From contig JBGANV010000001.1 of assembly GCA_044222185.1 (NCBI GenBank), positions 1,184,001-1,248,000 of the forward strand: DNA of 64,000 nt, given 5' to 3'. Of the stretch, positions 38,930 through 48,736 are shown one piece after another. Below the pieces are notes generated by a model. That model saw only the letters and a program-made list of their open reading frames with translations. It was not told the origin of the DNA and searched no databases. Position 1 is the first letter of the stretch, and every line of letters starts with the position of its first letter. The stretch comes from Planctomycetota bacterium (lineage in GTDB: Bacteria > Planctomycetota > GCA-002687715 > CAIWVZ01). Made by a program: the position numbers and the translations under genes.

Positions 38930-40912
38930 GTGAGCCACGTCTCAGCTCCGGCGAAACGCGCGCCGAGCCCGGCGAAACGAGGGCCTACGCCGTGGCCGGC
39001 GTGCCTCGTCTTCTTGGCCGGCGTCGCCGTCTACTGGGCGTCCGCATCTTGCGCGTTCATCAAGGACGATCTGACGCTCGGTCAGCTCACGCAGGACGGG
39101 ATCCACCCCGACTCGGGCGCGATCCTGCGGAACTTCCTCTGGCCCACGGGCCTGACGCACGACCAGTTCTATCGGCCGCTTCCGGTCCTCTTCGGAGCAT
39201 TCGACCTTTGGGCTTTCGGGCCCAACCCGCTGCTCTTCCGAATCTGCAACGTCGGGTTCCATGCGCTGAACGGCGTGTTGCTCGCGCTGCTCGTCAACCG
39301 GCTCACGGGTTGGAGACGCGCAGCAGTCGGCTGGCTCGCCGGACTTCTCTTCGCACTGCACCCGCTTCACGCCGAGGCCGTCCTCTGGATCACGCAACGG
39401 ATGGTCGTTCAGTGCCTCACCTGGCACCTCCTCACGGCGTTGTGCTTCACGAGCTGGCTGCGCCACCGCCGGCGATCGAGCCTCGTCCTGACGGTCGTCT
39501 TCGCGGCTGCAGCCTGCCTCACGAAGGAAGTGTCCGCCGCCATGCCGGCGATGCTCGTCGTCCTCGCGTGGTTCGTCGGCCAGCCAGCCGGCGTCGGCGC
39601 GTTCGACCGTCGCCGGCTGCAACTCGCCGCGAAGGTCACGGGTCTGGCTGCGCTGATCCCGGCATTCGTCTTCGGCCTGCGGTACACCCTCTTCGGAACG
39701 TGGGAGGGGACGTACGGCAACCTCTCACCGGCGGCGTATGCGGCGTCACGCCACGTCTTCGAGCGGCTCCCGCAGAGCCTCATCAACGGCTTCTGGGCCG
39801 TCAACCCCTCCGAGGCATCACGCTCGGTTCGCATCTCGCTCGGGATCGCGTGGCTCGTCCTGCTCCTCCCGCTGCCGCTCCTGCGCCTCGCGCGGGGAGT
39901 CGTCCGGGGCGAGGCGCGCGCCGCGGCGGCGGTACTTGCCACGTTCGCGGTCGCGTCGTTTCTCCCGACGCTCTACATCTTCTACGTGGACCCGGGTCTC
40001 ACGAACGGGCGCTTCCTCTACCAGCCGATCGCGGGCCTCGTGGGGCTCGTGATGTGCGGATTCGCGCTGCCCGCGCGGCCCAGGTCGTCCTTGGACCTGT
40101 CCGTTCCGGCGGCCGCCGCAGTGCTCTTCGCCGTCGCCGGGCAGATCAACCAGCACGCCTACGACGGTGCGCATCGTCAGATCCAGGCCGTGACGCGCGG
40201 GATCCGCGAGCAACTCGAATACTGGAAGCCCGACGGCCTCGCCGTCGTCTACGACGTCCCGGTCGAGCACCACGGCGTTCCGACGATCGACCTCTATCTG
40301 CCCCTGCTCATGTCGCCACCGTTCCAGCCGACGACCATCGACGCATTCCCATTCGTCGGCGGATCGGAAGCCGAGTGGCCGCGTGCTCTCATCGGAACCG
40401 ACGGCAGGTCTGGCGGAGCGTTCTCCGCGTGGCGTGACCAACCTGGGCATGCGGAGCGCGCGCTTCTGCACCTCGTCTACGCCGACGATCCGCCGCGCGT
40501 CAGCCCGCTCTTCGGCGCCGCCGAAAGCGAAGAGGGCGCCAAGCCGCCCACGCTCGTCGCTCCCGAGGACGGCGCCGTCGTCGTCTGCCCTGGCGAGGAA
40601 CCGGTCTTCGTGTTCTCGGCTGTCCGCGGATCGGCCTACTACCGCTTGCACTTCCAGGTCCCGGGAAAGCGATTCGTCCTGGACGTGAAGCCGTCCACGC
40701 ATCTCGTGCGCAGCGGCACTCGCCTCGAGTATCGGTTCTTCCGGGGAAACGCGTCCGGCGTCCCGGACATGTGGCACGACGTGGGAGCCCAGTCGTTTCC
40801 AAGTCCGCTTCCGCTGCAATGGCGAGTGGAGGCGATCGGTGCCGAGCAGGACACGCTCGGCACGTCGGCATCGCGCCGCATGGTCGTGCTCAACGCTGCG
40901 TTGAAGCGCTGA
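38930..40912 (+). CDS. GT-C membrane glycosyltransferase (TMTC/ArnT-like) with periplasmic C-terminal domain
   Basis: FIKDD, FYRPL, N..FH.LN, LFALHP.H.EAV.WI..R, LTKE, RFLY motifs. Confidence 0.8.
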   Translation: MSHVSAPAKRAPSPAKRGPTPWPACLVFLAGVAVYWASASCAFIKDDLTLGQLTQDGIHPDSGAILRNFLWPTGLTHDQFYRPLPVLFGAFDLWAFGPNPLLFRICNVGFHALNGVLLALLVNRLTGWRRAAVGWLAGLLFALHPLHAEAVLWITQRMVVQCLTWHLLTALCFTSWLRHRRRSSLVLTVVFAAAACLTKEVSAAMPAMLVVLAWFVGQPAGVGAFDRRRLQLAAKVTGLAALIPAFVFGLRYTLFGTWEGTYGNLSPAAYAASRHVFERLPQSLINGFWAVNPSEASRSVRISLGIAWLVLLLPLPLLRLARGVVRGEARAAAAVLATFAVASFLPTLYIFYVDPGLTNGRFLYQPIAGLVGLVMCGFALPARPRSSLDLSVPAAAAVLFAVAGQINQHAYDGAHRQIQAVTRGIREQLEYWKPDGLAVVYDVPVEHHGVPTIDLYLPLLMSPPFQPTTIDAFPFVGGSEAEWPRALIGTDGRSGGAFSAWRDQPGHAERALLHLVYADDPPRVSPLFGAAESEEGAKPPTLVAPEDGAVVVCPGEEPVFVFSAVRGSAYYRLHFQVPGKRFVLDVKPSTHLVRSGTRLEYRFFRGNASGVPDMWHDVGAQSFPSPLPLQWRVEAIGAEQDTLGTSASRRMVVLNAALKR

Positions 40913-40923
40913 GCCGGGGCGCG

Positions 40924-42240
40924 TCAGCTCCGGGATTTTCTCGCTTCCTCGAACGTCGCCGCCAGGTCCATCGCGGCCCGGACGCAACGATCGGAGTTGA
41001 AGTAGTTGTAGTTGCCGAATCGCCCGACGATGTCGAGCCCGGCGTCTTTCAGCCAGCCACGGACGTCCTTCAGCCGCGCCTCGAGCCCGTGCTCGTAGAG
41101 GATGTAGGCGTAGTGGTTGTCGTAGGTCTTCGAGAACAGCACCTCGTTCGCCGAGATGATCCCGCAGCGCTCGAGGCCCGCGATCACCTCCTGCGTGACC
41201 GACTGCGGCGTGCCAGGCATCTTGCCGATGTACGTGACCTCCGCCAGGATCGAGCTCTTCCCCTTCGGCGCGTTGTTGGGGCTGTAGTTCGAAAGGAACG
41301 TGACGCGGTTCTGCGGGCCGTTCTCCGGATGAGGGAAGTACACCCACGAGTACTTGGGCAGGCGCGCGTGATCGATCGCGAGGAACACGCTGATGAGCGA
41401 CGTGTAGCCGAGCCCGTCGAACGCGGAGCGGATTCCCTCCGGGACATCGCGCAGGGTCTTCACGAGCTCGCGCAGCGGAAGCGTGGAGACGACGCGGTCG
41501 AAGGCCTCGCCGTCGACGCTCCATCCAGTCGGCGTGCGCGCAAGCGACGTGCACAGATGACCCAGCCGCACCTTGGTCGTCGTGAGCGTCGCGCGAATCC
41601 GGTCGACGATCGTCTGGAATCCACCGTCGCGCGGGTACCAGAACACGGCCTGGTGGCCGTAGCCAGTGGTGCGAATTCCGATCGATGAGCGAAGCACGTC
41701 GTCGATGGGCGCATCGGGCACGCGTCCGCGCACCCAGTCCGTGCTCATGGTGCGCAAGTCGACGTTCCAGATCCGTTCGTTGTACGGCCACATGAAGTGC
41801 CGTGAGATGCCCTCGCCGAAGCGCCACAGACACCAGTCGTGGAAGTTCGTGGGCTCGACGGCACCGTTGCGCCGTGCGAACGCCGCCTCCACGTACCCCT
41901 TCAGGCAGTCGAAGTTGTCCTGGGGCGGAAGATCACCGAGGCCGTTCTCGAACGGGTACATGACGTAGCGGTCGCGGTAGAAGATCCGCGCGTGACGCTC
42001 GTTCTCCACCGAACCGCCCGGGCCGAGGACGTCCAGGATGAACTTCAGGACTTCCTTGTCCGTGCTGTAGATGATGTGCCCACCGGACTTGTCGGCGACG
42101 AATCCGTCGGTGGTCTCGCTGGCGCAAAGGCCGCCGACGCGCGATTCCGCCTCCAGGATGTGGACCTCGTGCCCCTTCCGTTCGAGGAAGTGGGCCACGC
42201 TCACGCCGCTGATTCCGCCACCGAGGACTGCAACCTTCAC
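40924..42240 (-). CDS. FAD-dependent oxidoreductase, UDP-galactopyranose mutase-like
   Basis: VLGGGISG, GGL, GGHIIY, FM.PYNERIW, W..GRVP, FWYP..GG, YAY, GRFG.Y.Y.N.D; GTG 42240. Confidence 0.88.
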   Translation of the reverse strand: MKVAVLGGGISGVSVAHFLERKGHEVHILEAESRVGGLCASETTDGFVADKSGGHIIYSTDKEVLKFILDVLGPGGSVENERHARIFYRDRYVMYPFENGLGDLPPQDNFDCLKGYVEAAFARRNGAVEPTNFHDWCLWRFGEGISRHFMWPYNERIWNVDLRTMSTDWVRGRVPDAPIDDVLRSSIGIRTTGYGHQAVFWYPRDGGFQTIVDRIRATLTTTKVRLGHLCTSLARTPTGWSVDGEAFDRVVSTLPLRELVKTLRDVPEGIRSAFDGLGYTSLISVFLAIDHARLPKYSWVYFPHPENGPQNRVTFLSNYSPNNAPKGKSSILAEVTYIGKMPGTPQSVTQEVIAGLERCGIISANEVLFSKTYDNHYAYILYEHGLEARLKDVRGWLKDAGLDIVGRFGNYNYFNSDRCVRAAMDLAATFEEARKSRS

Positions 42241-42962
42241 CGGGCTCTCTCCCCTCGTCGGATACCCTGGCCCGACGCCCATTCGAGCAGTCGCGCGACG
42301 GTCAGTCCGCGGAAGTCCGCCACGCTTGCGATCACACCACTCATGTCCTGCTCCGGTCCGGTTCGTCCCCGCACCCCCACCACCGCGAATCCCGCAGCCC
42401 GCGCGGCGAGGATGCCCCGCGGCGAGTCTTCGAACGCGAGGGGCACGCTGCGGCGAGGTTCCGCCTCCCCGAGCCGCTCGCGGGCCAGCCGATAGACCGC
42501 CGGATCCGGCTTCGCGCGCGGCACTTCGTCCCCGCCGGCGACGGCCTGCACGAACGGCTGCAAGCCCGTGACCTCCAGCGTCCTGTCGACGATGCGACGC
42601 GGCGACGACGATGCCACTCCCACGGGGACATCGGCGTTCCGCAAAGTCGAGATGAACTCGAAGATCCCGGGTGTGACGGCCGGTTTACCCGGAGAGATCA
42701 GGGTCTCGAACGCGGCCACGCGCGCGGCACCCAACGCCTCGATCGGCGAGGCGATCCGAAAGCGCTCCCGGAGCAAGGCCCAGTACTCCGCGTCCGAAAG
42801 CCCGAGGTACTGGTGGTTGTCCTCGGTGGTCAGGCCGGCACCGAATCCCGCCAGCACACGATTCGTAGCCACGAGGTGTAGCGGTTCCGAATCGACGAGC
42901 GTTCCGTCCAGGTCGAAGATGACCGGGCCCAGTTCTTCAAATTCGGGGGCGCGGGAAGGCAT
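42237..42962 (-). CDS. HAD-superfamily phosphatase (beta-PGM/CbbY-like)
   Basis: IFDLDGTLVDSE, VASSS, KPDP, FEDSPRG. Confidence 0.93.
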   Translation of the reverse strand: MPSRAPEFEELGPVIFDLDGTLVDSEPLHLVATNRVLAGFGAGLTTEDNHQYLGLSDAEYWALLRERFRIASPIEALGAARVAAFETLISPGKPAVTPGIFEFISTLRNADVPVGVASSSPRRIVDRTLEVTGLQPFVQAVAGGDEVPRAKPDPAVYRLARERLGEAEPRRSVPLAFEDSPRGILAARAAGFAVVGVRGRTGPEQDMSGVIASVADFRGLTVARLLEWASGQGIRRGERAR

Positions 42963-43082
42963 GATGGTTGCGGAGCCGAAGAAACGAAGGACAGTTTCTG
43001 ACCCCGCGTCGCCTCGAGATGGGCCGGATCGTAACCCGCCCCTTCACGAGCCCGAAGGCGTGGAACCGAACGGAGTTCTCGC

Positions 43083-44126
43083 GTGAACGTCGCAACAAGG
43101 ACCAGCGTGGCGTCGGCCGTCCTCGCCGTCGTGATCAGCCTCACCGCGACCGGACCTGGCCCGGCGCAGAGTGCCGCAAAGGACACGCGGACGCTCACCA
43201 CGGAAGGTGTGACCTTCAAGCTCCCCTCGGGCTGGACGTGGCAGGCCGACGCAGCGTCCAACATCGCGATCAAGAAGGAGGTCCGTGTCGGCGACGAAAC
43301 GTACACGGTCACGGGGGAGCTGCTCTACGAGGCCGAGGCCTACCTCGAGCAGACGATCACGGGGCTCGAACAGAAGGTGAAGGAATCCAAGGGCGACCTC
43401 CGCGACCTGAAGGTCGACCGGTCTCAGAAGTTCGGGGACAACCCGGCCGTGCTCGTGAGCTTCACGCGCGTTCGCGGCGAGGACGGGAAGAACATCAGCG
43501 AGGAGCGGCAGTGGCTGTTCCGCCGTCAGAACGCGCTGTATCGCTGGGTGGAAGAGTACAACCGTCTCGTGGCCTCGACGGCCCTGGGCGCGCTGGCGTC
43601 AGCGCGCAGCGGCGTCACGTTCAAGGGCCAGGACGTCGCCCGCAAGGACACCGCTCGCAACTATCCAGAAGCGGGGGTGAAGTTCACGCTCCCGGCGGAC
43701 TTCGAATGGGTCGGTGAATCGAAGCCGCTCCCGACGGACGACAAGTCGAACGCGCTGCTATTCGTCGCGCGCACGGTCGTCACCGTCAAGGCCGGGCAGT
43801 CCTACGTGTTCTGCCAACTGGCCGCGCAAAAATACCCGGGAACGCTCGACCAGGTGATCGAGGGGAACAAGCAGCACTTCACCGAGGGGTTCTCGGAGGT
43901 GAAGGACTTCGTGATCGAGACGAAGCAGACGTTCAAGGACGAGAAGGCCGCGATGGTGCGGTTCTCCGGCCTCGGCGAGAAATCCAAGGAACGCACGACG
44001 ATTTCGCGCTGGTTCATGAAGCACAAAGGGTGGCTGCTGACGTGGATCGAACAGTCCCCACCGCAAACGAGCCCGTCGATGGAGGCCGCGCTGAAGAAGG
44101 CTCGCAGCGGTCTCAGTTGGATGTGA
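43083..44126 (+). CDS. Secreted protein with two tandem PsbP/DcrB-like domains
   Basis: Signal peptide; internal duplication GVTFKLPSGWTW / GVKFTLPADFEW. Confidence 0.75.
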   Translation: MNVATRTSVASAVLAVVISLTATGPGPAQSAAKDTRTLTTEGVTFKLPSGWTWQADAASNIAIKKEVRVGDETYTVTGELLYEAEAYLEQTITGLEQKVKESKGDLRDLKVDRSQKFGDNPAVLVSFTRVRGEDGKNISEERQWLFRRQNALYRWVEEYNRLVASTALGALASARSGVTFKGQDVARKDTARNYPEAGVKFTLPADFEWVGESKPLPTDDKSNALLFVARTVVTVKAGQSYVFCQLAAQKYPGTLDQVIEGNKQHFTEGFSEVKDFVIETKQTFKDEKAAMVRFSGLGEKSKERTTISRWFMKHKGWLLTWIEQSPPQTSPSMEAALKKARSGLSWM

Positions 44127-44138
44127 CGCGGGGCTCGC

Positions 44139-45062
44139 TCACCGGATGCGCCGCAGGCGCTCGGACCATCCCGAGCCGGTGCCGGCAAGGGCTTCGAGCT
44201 CGCGGAGGAAACGGCTCCCGTCGACGGCGTAGCCGGCAGTCGACGCAAGCCCTCGATATCGCTCCGTGAAGGTGCGATTGAAGCCCTCCATGAGCAACTC
44301 GCGGACGTATTTCGCGATGCAACTCGACCAGGCGATCAGCGGCGCCCGGCTCTCCCCTCCCACGAGGAACTCGAAGGTCACTGCGGGCCGCCCGGCCGGC
44401 GCGACGCGGTAGCGGCTTTCGGTGCGATCACGCCGTTCAGTCGCGGTCGGCATGAAGGGAAAGAAGCTGCTCACGAATTCCAAATAGTCGGTGCGCCCGC
44501 CGAGTCGATCACAACGCACCGCGCCGCCGACCGCCTCCTGTCCCATGAGGTCCTCGATGACGCTCCCCACGGTCTCCAGGTGAACCGCGGCCTTGTTGGG
44601 AACGAGCTGGAGACGCCGGTTGTATTCACGTTCGAGGAGGACTCGGAGCGAGGAACGCCAGCTCGCGCCCGTGGACGCTTGCACGTCCGTGGCGCGTGCC
44701 CACAAGTCGGAGAGTTCGCAGGGATCCGACCACCTGGGAACGGGGTCGTCCCAATGGCCGTACCAGGGGTGATCCGTCGCGGCGGCGACACTGCCGCCGC
44801 AGACGTCCCGCACCGAGGTCGGCAGACGACCGCGGGCCAAGCCGATCCCGATCAGGGCCGTTCGCTCGAGGCGCGCGTGCGCGTGCTTTCCCTGAAACAC
44901 ACGCTTGCTGTCGTCGATCACGAGGCCGGCCCGGCGCAAGGGACCAATCGTCGACTCGAGGGCGAGGCCATCTCCATCGACCCGAAGACCGGCTACGACG
45001 AGTGGCCCGAGAATCGGGCCATATCCAGCTTCGTCGACCCCCGCCTCGAAGACCGGATTCAT
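44139..45062 (-). CDS. rnhB: Ribonuclease HII
   Basis: AGVDEAGYGPILGPLVV, DDSK, CD, S.IAKYVRE, GY; start ATG 45062. Confidence 0.85.
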   Translation of the reverse strand: MNPVFEAGVDEAGYGPILGPLVVAGLRVDGDGLALESTIGPLRRAGLVIDDSKRVFQGKHAHARLERTALIGIGLARGRLPTSVRDVCGGSVAAATDHPWYGHWDDPVPRWSDPCELSDLWARATDVQASTGASWRSSLRVLLEREYNRRLQLVPNKAAVHLETVGSVIEDLMGQEAVGGAVRCDRLGGRTDYLEFVSSFFPFMPTATERRDRTESRYRVAPAGRPAVTFEFLVGGESRAPLIAWSSCIAKYVRELLMEGFNRTFTERYRGLASTAGYAVDGSRFLRELEALAGTGSGWSERLRRIR

Positions 45063-45107
45063 GTTTTCCCCGCGAGCTTGCCGAAATGGAGTTGGGGCAT
45101 CCCACCT

Positions 45108-45485
45108 GTGCTCGAAGCGTTCATCTCGATTCGCGACCCACTCCTGCGTGACGTACTGCGGACCGCGCTCCGGTCGGCGAGGAGTTTCCGTCCGTCCATC
45201 GTTCCGCGCAACGACCTGGCCGGCCTCCTGGCGGATTCCCGCCACGTCGATCTCGTGATCATCGACATCGACGTGAAGAGCGGTTCGGACGAGGAATTCC
45301 TCGCTGAACTGGTCACCGCCCGCTCGTCGGTAGGAATCGTGGTCGTCGCCACTGGGGCCGAGCGCGCGCACGTCAACCGTCTCAAGCTCGGGCATGACGT
45401 CCTGACCGTGGTTCCCACGCCGATCGACGCCTTCGACCTTGCGAGGCGATTGCGACGGGTCGCCCAGTCCCTGGTTCGTCGATGA
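45108..45485 (+). CDS. Atypical single-domain response-regulator receiver
   Basis: alpha/beta pattern with VDLVIIDID and IVVVAT; acidic pocket and conserved Lys are degenerate (VPTP); GTG 45108. Confidence 0.6.
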   Translation: MLEAFISIRDPLLRDVLRTALRSARSFRPSIVPRNDLAGLLADSRHVDLVIIDIDVKSGSDEEFLAELVTARSSVGIVVVATGAERAHVNRLKLGHDVLTVVPTPIDAFDLARRLRRVAQSLVRR

Positions 45486-45570
45486 TTCCCCCCATCCCCG
45501 ACCGAAAAAGTCTCCCGATTTGCGGCGCTTGATCGCCCGCGGGTCGATAGTCAGAATGCGCCCCTCGTTC

Positions 45571-45642
45571 GCCGACGTAGCTCAGCGGTAGAGCAGCGGT
45601 TTCGTAAACCGCAGGTCACGAGTTCAAATCTCGTCGTCGGCT
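45571..45642 (+). tRNA. tRNA-Thr(CGT), CCA not encoded
   Basis: Cloverleaf: GCCGACG/CGTCGGC acceptor, GCTC/GAGC D arm, GCGGT-TTCGTAA-ACCGC anticodon arm, ACGAG-TTCAAAT-CTCGT T arm. Confidence 0.97.
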
Positions 45643-45987
45643 CTCGGTGCTTCTCTTTGGCGGCGCGCAGGCCTGCGCCAGCGCTCGATCCGGTTTGACC
45701 TCGACGTCTTGCGTCATCCATGTCCCGGCTGATCGAACCGCCCGCCGCCGCAACCACGCGAACCTCCCCAGCGGCCTCCCGGTCGCACGGTGCATGAGGC
45801 CATCGCCACGCGGCGAATGCAGCGTGCGCCGGACCGGCCAACCGGCATCCCTGACCGGCGAGACCGGACCGTCGCACGGACGCCTCGACCTGTACGATCC
45901 TCGGCCGCGGACGGTTGTGATTCCGGTGGACCCGGTTCACCCGCCTGAACCACCTTGGGCATCCGCGGCCACGTCAATGTGAAGTCC

Positions 45988-48123
45988 ATGACGACTCCCC
46001 CCAGGATCGCCTCACGCCCGTTTGCCCCGTCGCCCGTCGAGATGGAAGGCCTCCGCCGGCTGGCGAGGCGCCTCGTCGACGACGACAACGACGCCGACGA
46101 CATCGTCCAGGAGTCGTTCCTCCTCGGACTTCGGCGCCGAAGCGCCACGGTTCTCAACCTGGGGGCCTGGCTGCGAGGCGTCGTTCGCAACAAAGCCCGC
46201 GAGTCACGGCGCGCAGCCCAGCGCCGTTTGGCGTCAGAACTGGCAGCTTCGCAAGGACCAAATCCAATGACTCCTCTGGACATCGCCGCACGGATGGACG
46301 TCCACGCCCGGCTTCTCGCCGCGATCGGCGCGCTGGCCGAGCCCTATCGGAGCTCCGTGTGGCTCCACTATGTCGAGGGCCGAACACCTGCTGAAATCGC
46401 CCAATCGTCAGGCAGGCCCGTCGAGACCGTACGAACGCAGATCAAGCGTGGAATCGCTCAGCTCCGTGACGCGCTCGACGCCGATCACGGCGGCGATCGC
46501 CAGGCGTGGGCCCTCTCGCTCGCGGCCTTCGCAGCGGCTGGGCCATCAGCCACGGCCCCAACGACTGCGGCGGCCGTGGGCATCGGAATGGGGCAGGTGC
46601 TGCTGGCAGCTTCCGTAGTGCTCGCCTTGACGCTCTCCGTACCGGGATCTCGGTGGATCGCGTCACCCACACCAGACCCCGCTCCCGCATCGATGCCGGG
46701 CGGCGACCCCGTCGCGCGCTCGGTCCCGGCGACGACTTCTGGCGCTTCAACTCCTGTGCCCGCGTCTTCGGACCGGGCCGCCCGCCAACGCATGGAACCG
46801 ATCCCGTGGAGCGAACCCTCGGCGGATTCGCGATCGAACCTCGAGATCGTCGAAGGTGAGTTCTCGTTCCATTACCAGCAGGGGTACTCGTTCGAGACTC
46901 AGTCGGTGGTGAACGACCTCGCGGATGCCGACCTCACGTTCGAATCCTGTGCCGGCGGAATCGCAAGCGTCACACTCAAGGCACCAGGAGGCACGATCAC
47001 GAACCTCGAGCGCCTCGGAACGCGCATTCCGAGCGTGAAGCGCGCAGCCGCACTGGCACGTGCGGTCGTTCGAGCCGAGACGAGCGCGTTTGGAGATCGG
47101 GAACAGGCCGGCGGCAACGACCGTAGTCCAAGCTCCGATGCGTTCCTCCTCAAGACTCGTCACGGGCAATGGGCCAGTCTTGCGATCGCATCACGCGCTG
47201 AAACCGGCGGGTGGACCACGAAACCCATCTCGATCCACTACGTCATGAGTCGCTCGACCGCCGTGTTTCGTGACGGAACCGGCGACCTCACGGTCGACGG
47301 CGTCGAGATCGACACTGGCGTTCTCACTCGGCTCGACCGGGAGATCCAGGACGCCGAGGAGCGCGCGCTCGCCCTACGGAGCGAGCCGATTCTGCTCCGC
47401 CTGCGTGAGTTGGACCGGTTCGCCGCACGTCTCCAACCGGAGATCGCGGCACGAGACGGCGCGGACGTTCGGGTCGCGGCGGTTCTCGATCGGGAGTTTG
47501 CCGCCCCTCTGGGGAACCGGGCGGCCTACATCGCGGCGACCTACAGCTTCGAGCACGGGACCCGCGACGACGAGGGCGCGACGCACAATGACTGGGACTT
47601 CGTGCTCCAACGCGAGATCACGGTCTGCACCGTCACCGATGACCACAGCGAGATCTGGGACCTGGGCGAGCTGAGTTACGCCGACGGACGCTCGGGCAAG
47701 GTGGCGCCCGCGCACGGGACCAGGACCCATTCCCCGATTCGCGGCCATCTTCTTGCGATCCACACCCTGGACGACGACTCGGATCTGTGGACGCTCCTGC
47801 GCGTCGAGGCCACCGTCCCCGGGGAATCGATGGTGTTCTCATATTCCGTCCTTCGGGACCCGTCCGCACTCTTGCGCTCCCTGTACGTCGCGGACGATGC
47901 ACTTCAAACACCCGAGGTGCGGATGCAGATCCGCGGTGGAGCCGGCGGCGGAAACCCCCACGTCGCCGCCCTCGACAGATCGACGAATGGCTACATCAGC
48001 TCTCTCGAATCGTCGCCCATGGAGGTCGACGGCGCCATCGACACCAGCGAGCGCCACAGGGCATTCGTCTCGGGCGGGCTCGTGCCGCTGGGGAAGGTGT
48101 TCATCATCGAGCGCGTGGAGTAA
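45988..48123 (+). CDS. ECF sigma-70 factor with TM segment and long C-terminal extracytoplasmic extension (probably truncated by an in-frame TAA)
   Basis: LRRLARRLV..DADDIVQE, WLRGVVRN, LAEPYR..VWLHY.EG....EIA......ETVRTQIKRG..QLR, then hydrophobic VLLAASVVLALTL. Confidence 0.85.
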   Translation: MTTPPRIASRPFAPSPVEMEGLRRLARRLVDDDNDADDIVQESFLLGLRRRSATVLNLGAWLRGVVRNKARESRRAAQRRLASELAASQGPNPMTPLDIAARMDVHARLLAAIGALAEPYRSSVWLHYVEGRTPAEIAQSSGRPVETVRTQIKRGIAQLRDALDADHGGDRQAWALSLAAFAAAGPSATAPTTAAAVGIGMGQVLLAASVVLALTLSVPGSRWIASPTPDPAPASMPGGDPVARSVPATTSGASTPVPASSDRAARQRMEPIPWSEPSADSRSNLEIVEGEFSFHYQQGYSFETQSVVNDLADADLTFESCAGGIASVTLKAPGGTITNLERLGTRIPSVKRAAALARAVVRAETSAFGDREQAGGNDRSPSSDAFLLKTRHGQWASLAIASRAETGGWTTKPISIHYVMSRSTAVFRDGTGDLTVDGVEIDTGVLTRLDREIQDAEERALALRSEPILLRLRELDRFAARLQPEIAARDGADVRVAAVLDREFAAPLGNRAAYIAATYSFEHGTRDDEGATHNDWDFVLQREITVCTVTDDHSEIWDLGELSYADGRSGKVAPAHGTRTHSPIRGHLLAIHTLDDDSDLWTLLRVEATVPGESMVFSYSVLRDPSALLRSLYVADDALQTPEVRMQIRGGAGGGNPHVAALDRSTNGYISSLESSPMEVDGAIDTSERHRAFVSGGLVPLGKVFIIERVE

Positions 48124-48630
48124 CGCGCGAACGTGACGGGCGACTCGAACGGACACGGGGAGTTCAAGCTCGTCGTCGGGTTCTGCCCGATCGCACACAT
48201 CGCGGAAGCGTTGGACCCGACGACGCACGAGAAGACGTTGCGCTGGTTCTCCCTCGATCGCGGAAGTTCGAGCCTCGCGCCCAAGACCTCGGTTCGCGCC
48301 GAGATGACCGTCAACATCCCGATCCGTCGTGGCGACGAACCGAAGGTCTTCGTCGAGATCGCGAACTCGAGCTGGGCGGACGTCACGTTGAGCGGGCGGT
48401 TCGCTCCCGACGTCGCGAAACCGACGTCGACCACACAGCTGAAGTCCGGGCGGCAAGTGCTCAAACTCCTCGAGACCTTCCGCAATCGACACGAGGGCGA
48501 AACGCAGCCGACGCGCTCGCGAGTCCTCGACCCGAGTTGGACCGGCTCGCTGCGCCCGATCGTCGAAGCCATGCCCGAGGGTCCCTTCCGCACCGAACTG
48601 AGGTCCGCGCTGTCGTCGGACTCCCGCTGA
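48124..48630 (+). pseudogene. In-frame continuation of the ECF sigma gene beyond the TAA stop
   Basis: Same reading frame continues open (RANVTGDSNGHGEFKLVV...) to TGA 48630; no SD before GTG 48133. Confidence 0.6.
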
Positions 48631-48736
48631 GGGCTCCGGACGGCACCGCCCGCGGCGGCGCATGCCGTCCTCGCGGAACGTCCAGAACGTCCCGTCGATC
48701 GCTCGGGTTGATTCCCGCATAGGATGTCCGACGAAC

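Noticed and set aside
45935-45975. Autoregulatory ECF promoter TGAACC...CGTC
   Set aside because: Spacing is about 20 nt, longer than the usual 16-17; could be a chance GGTTCA/TGAACC inverted repeat
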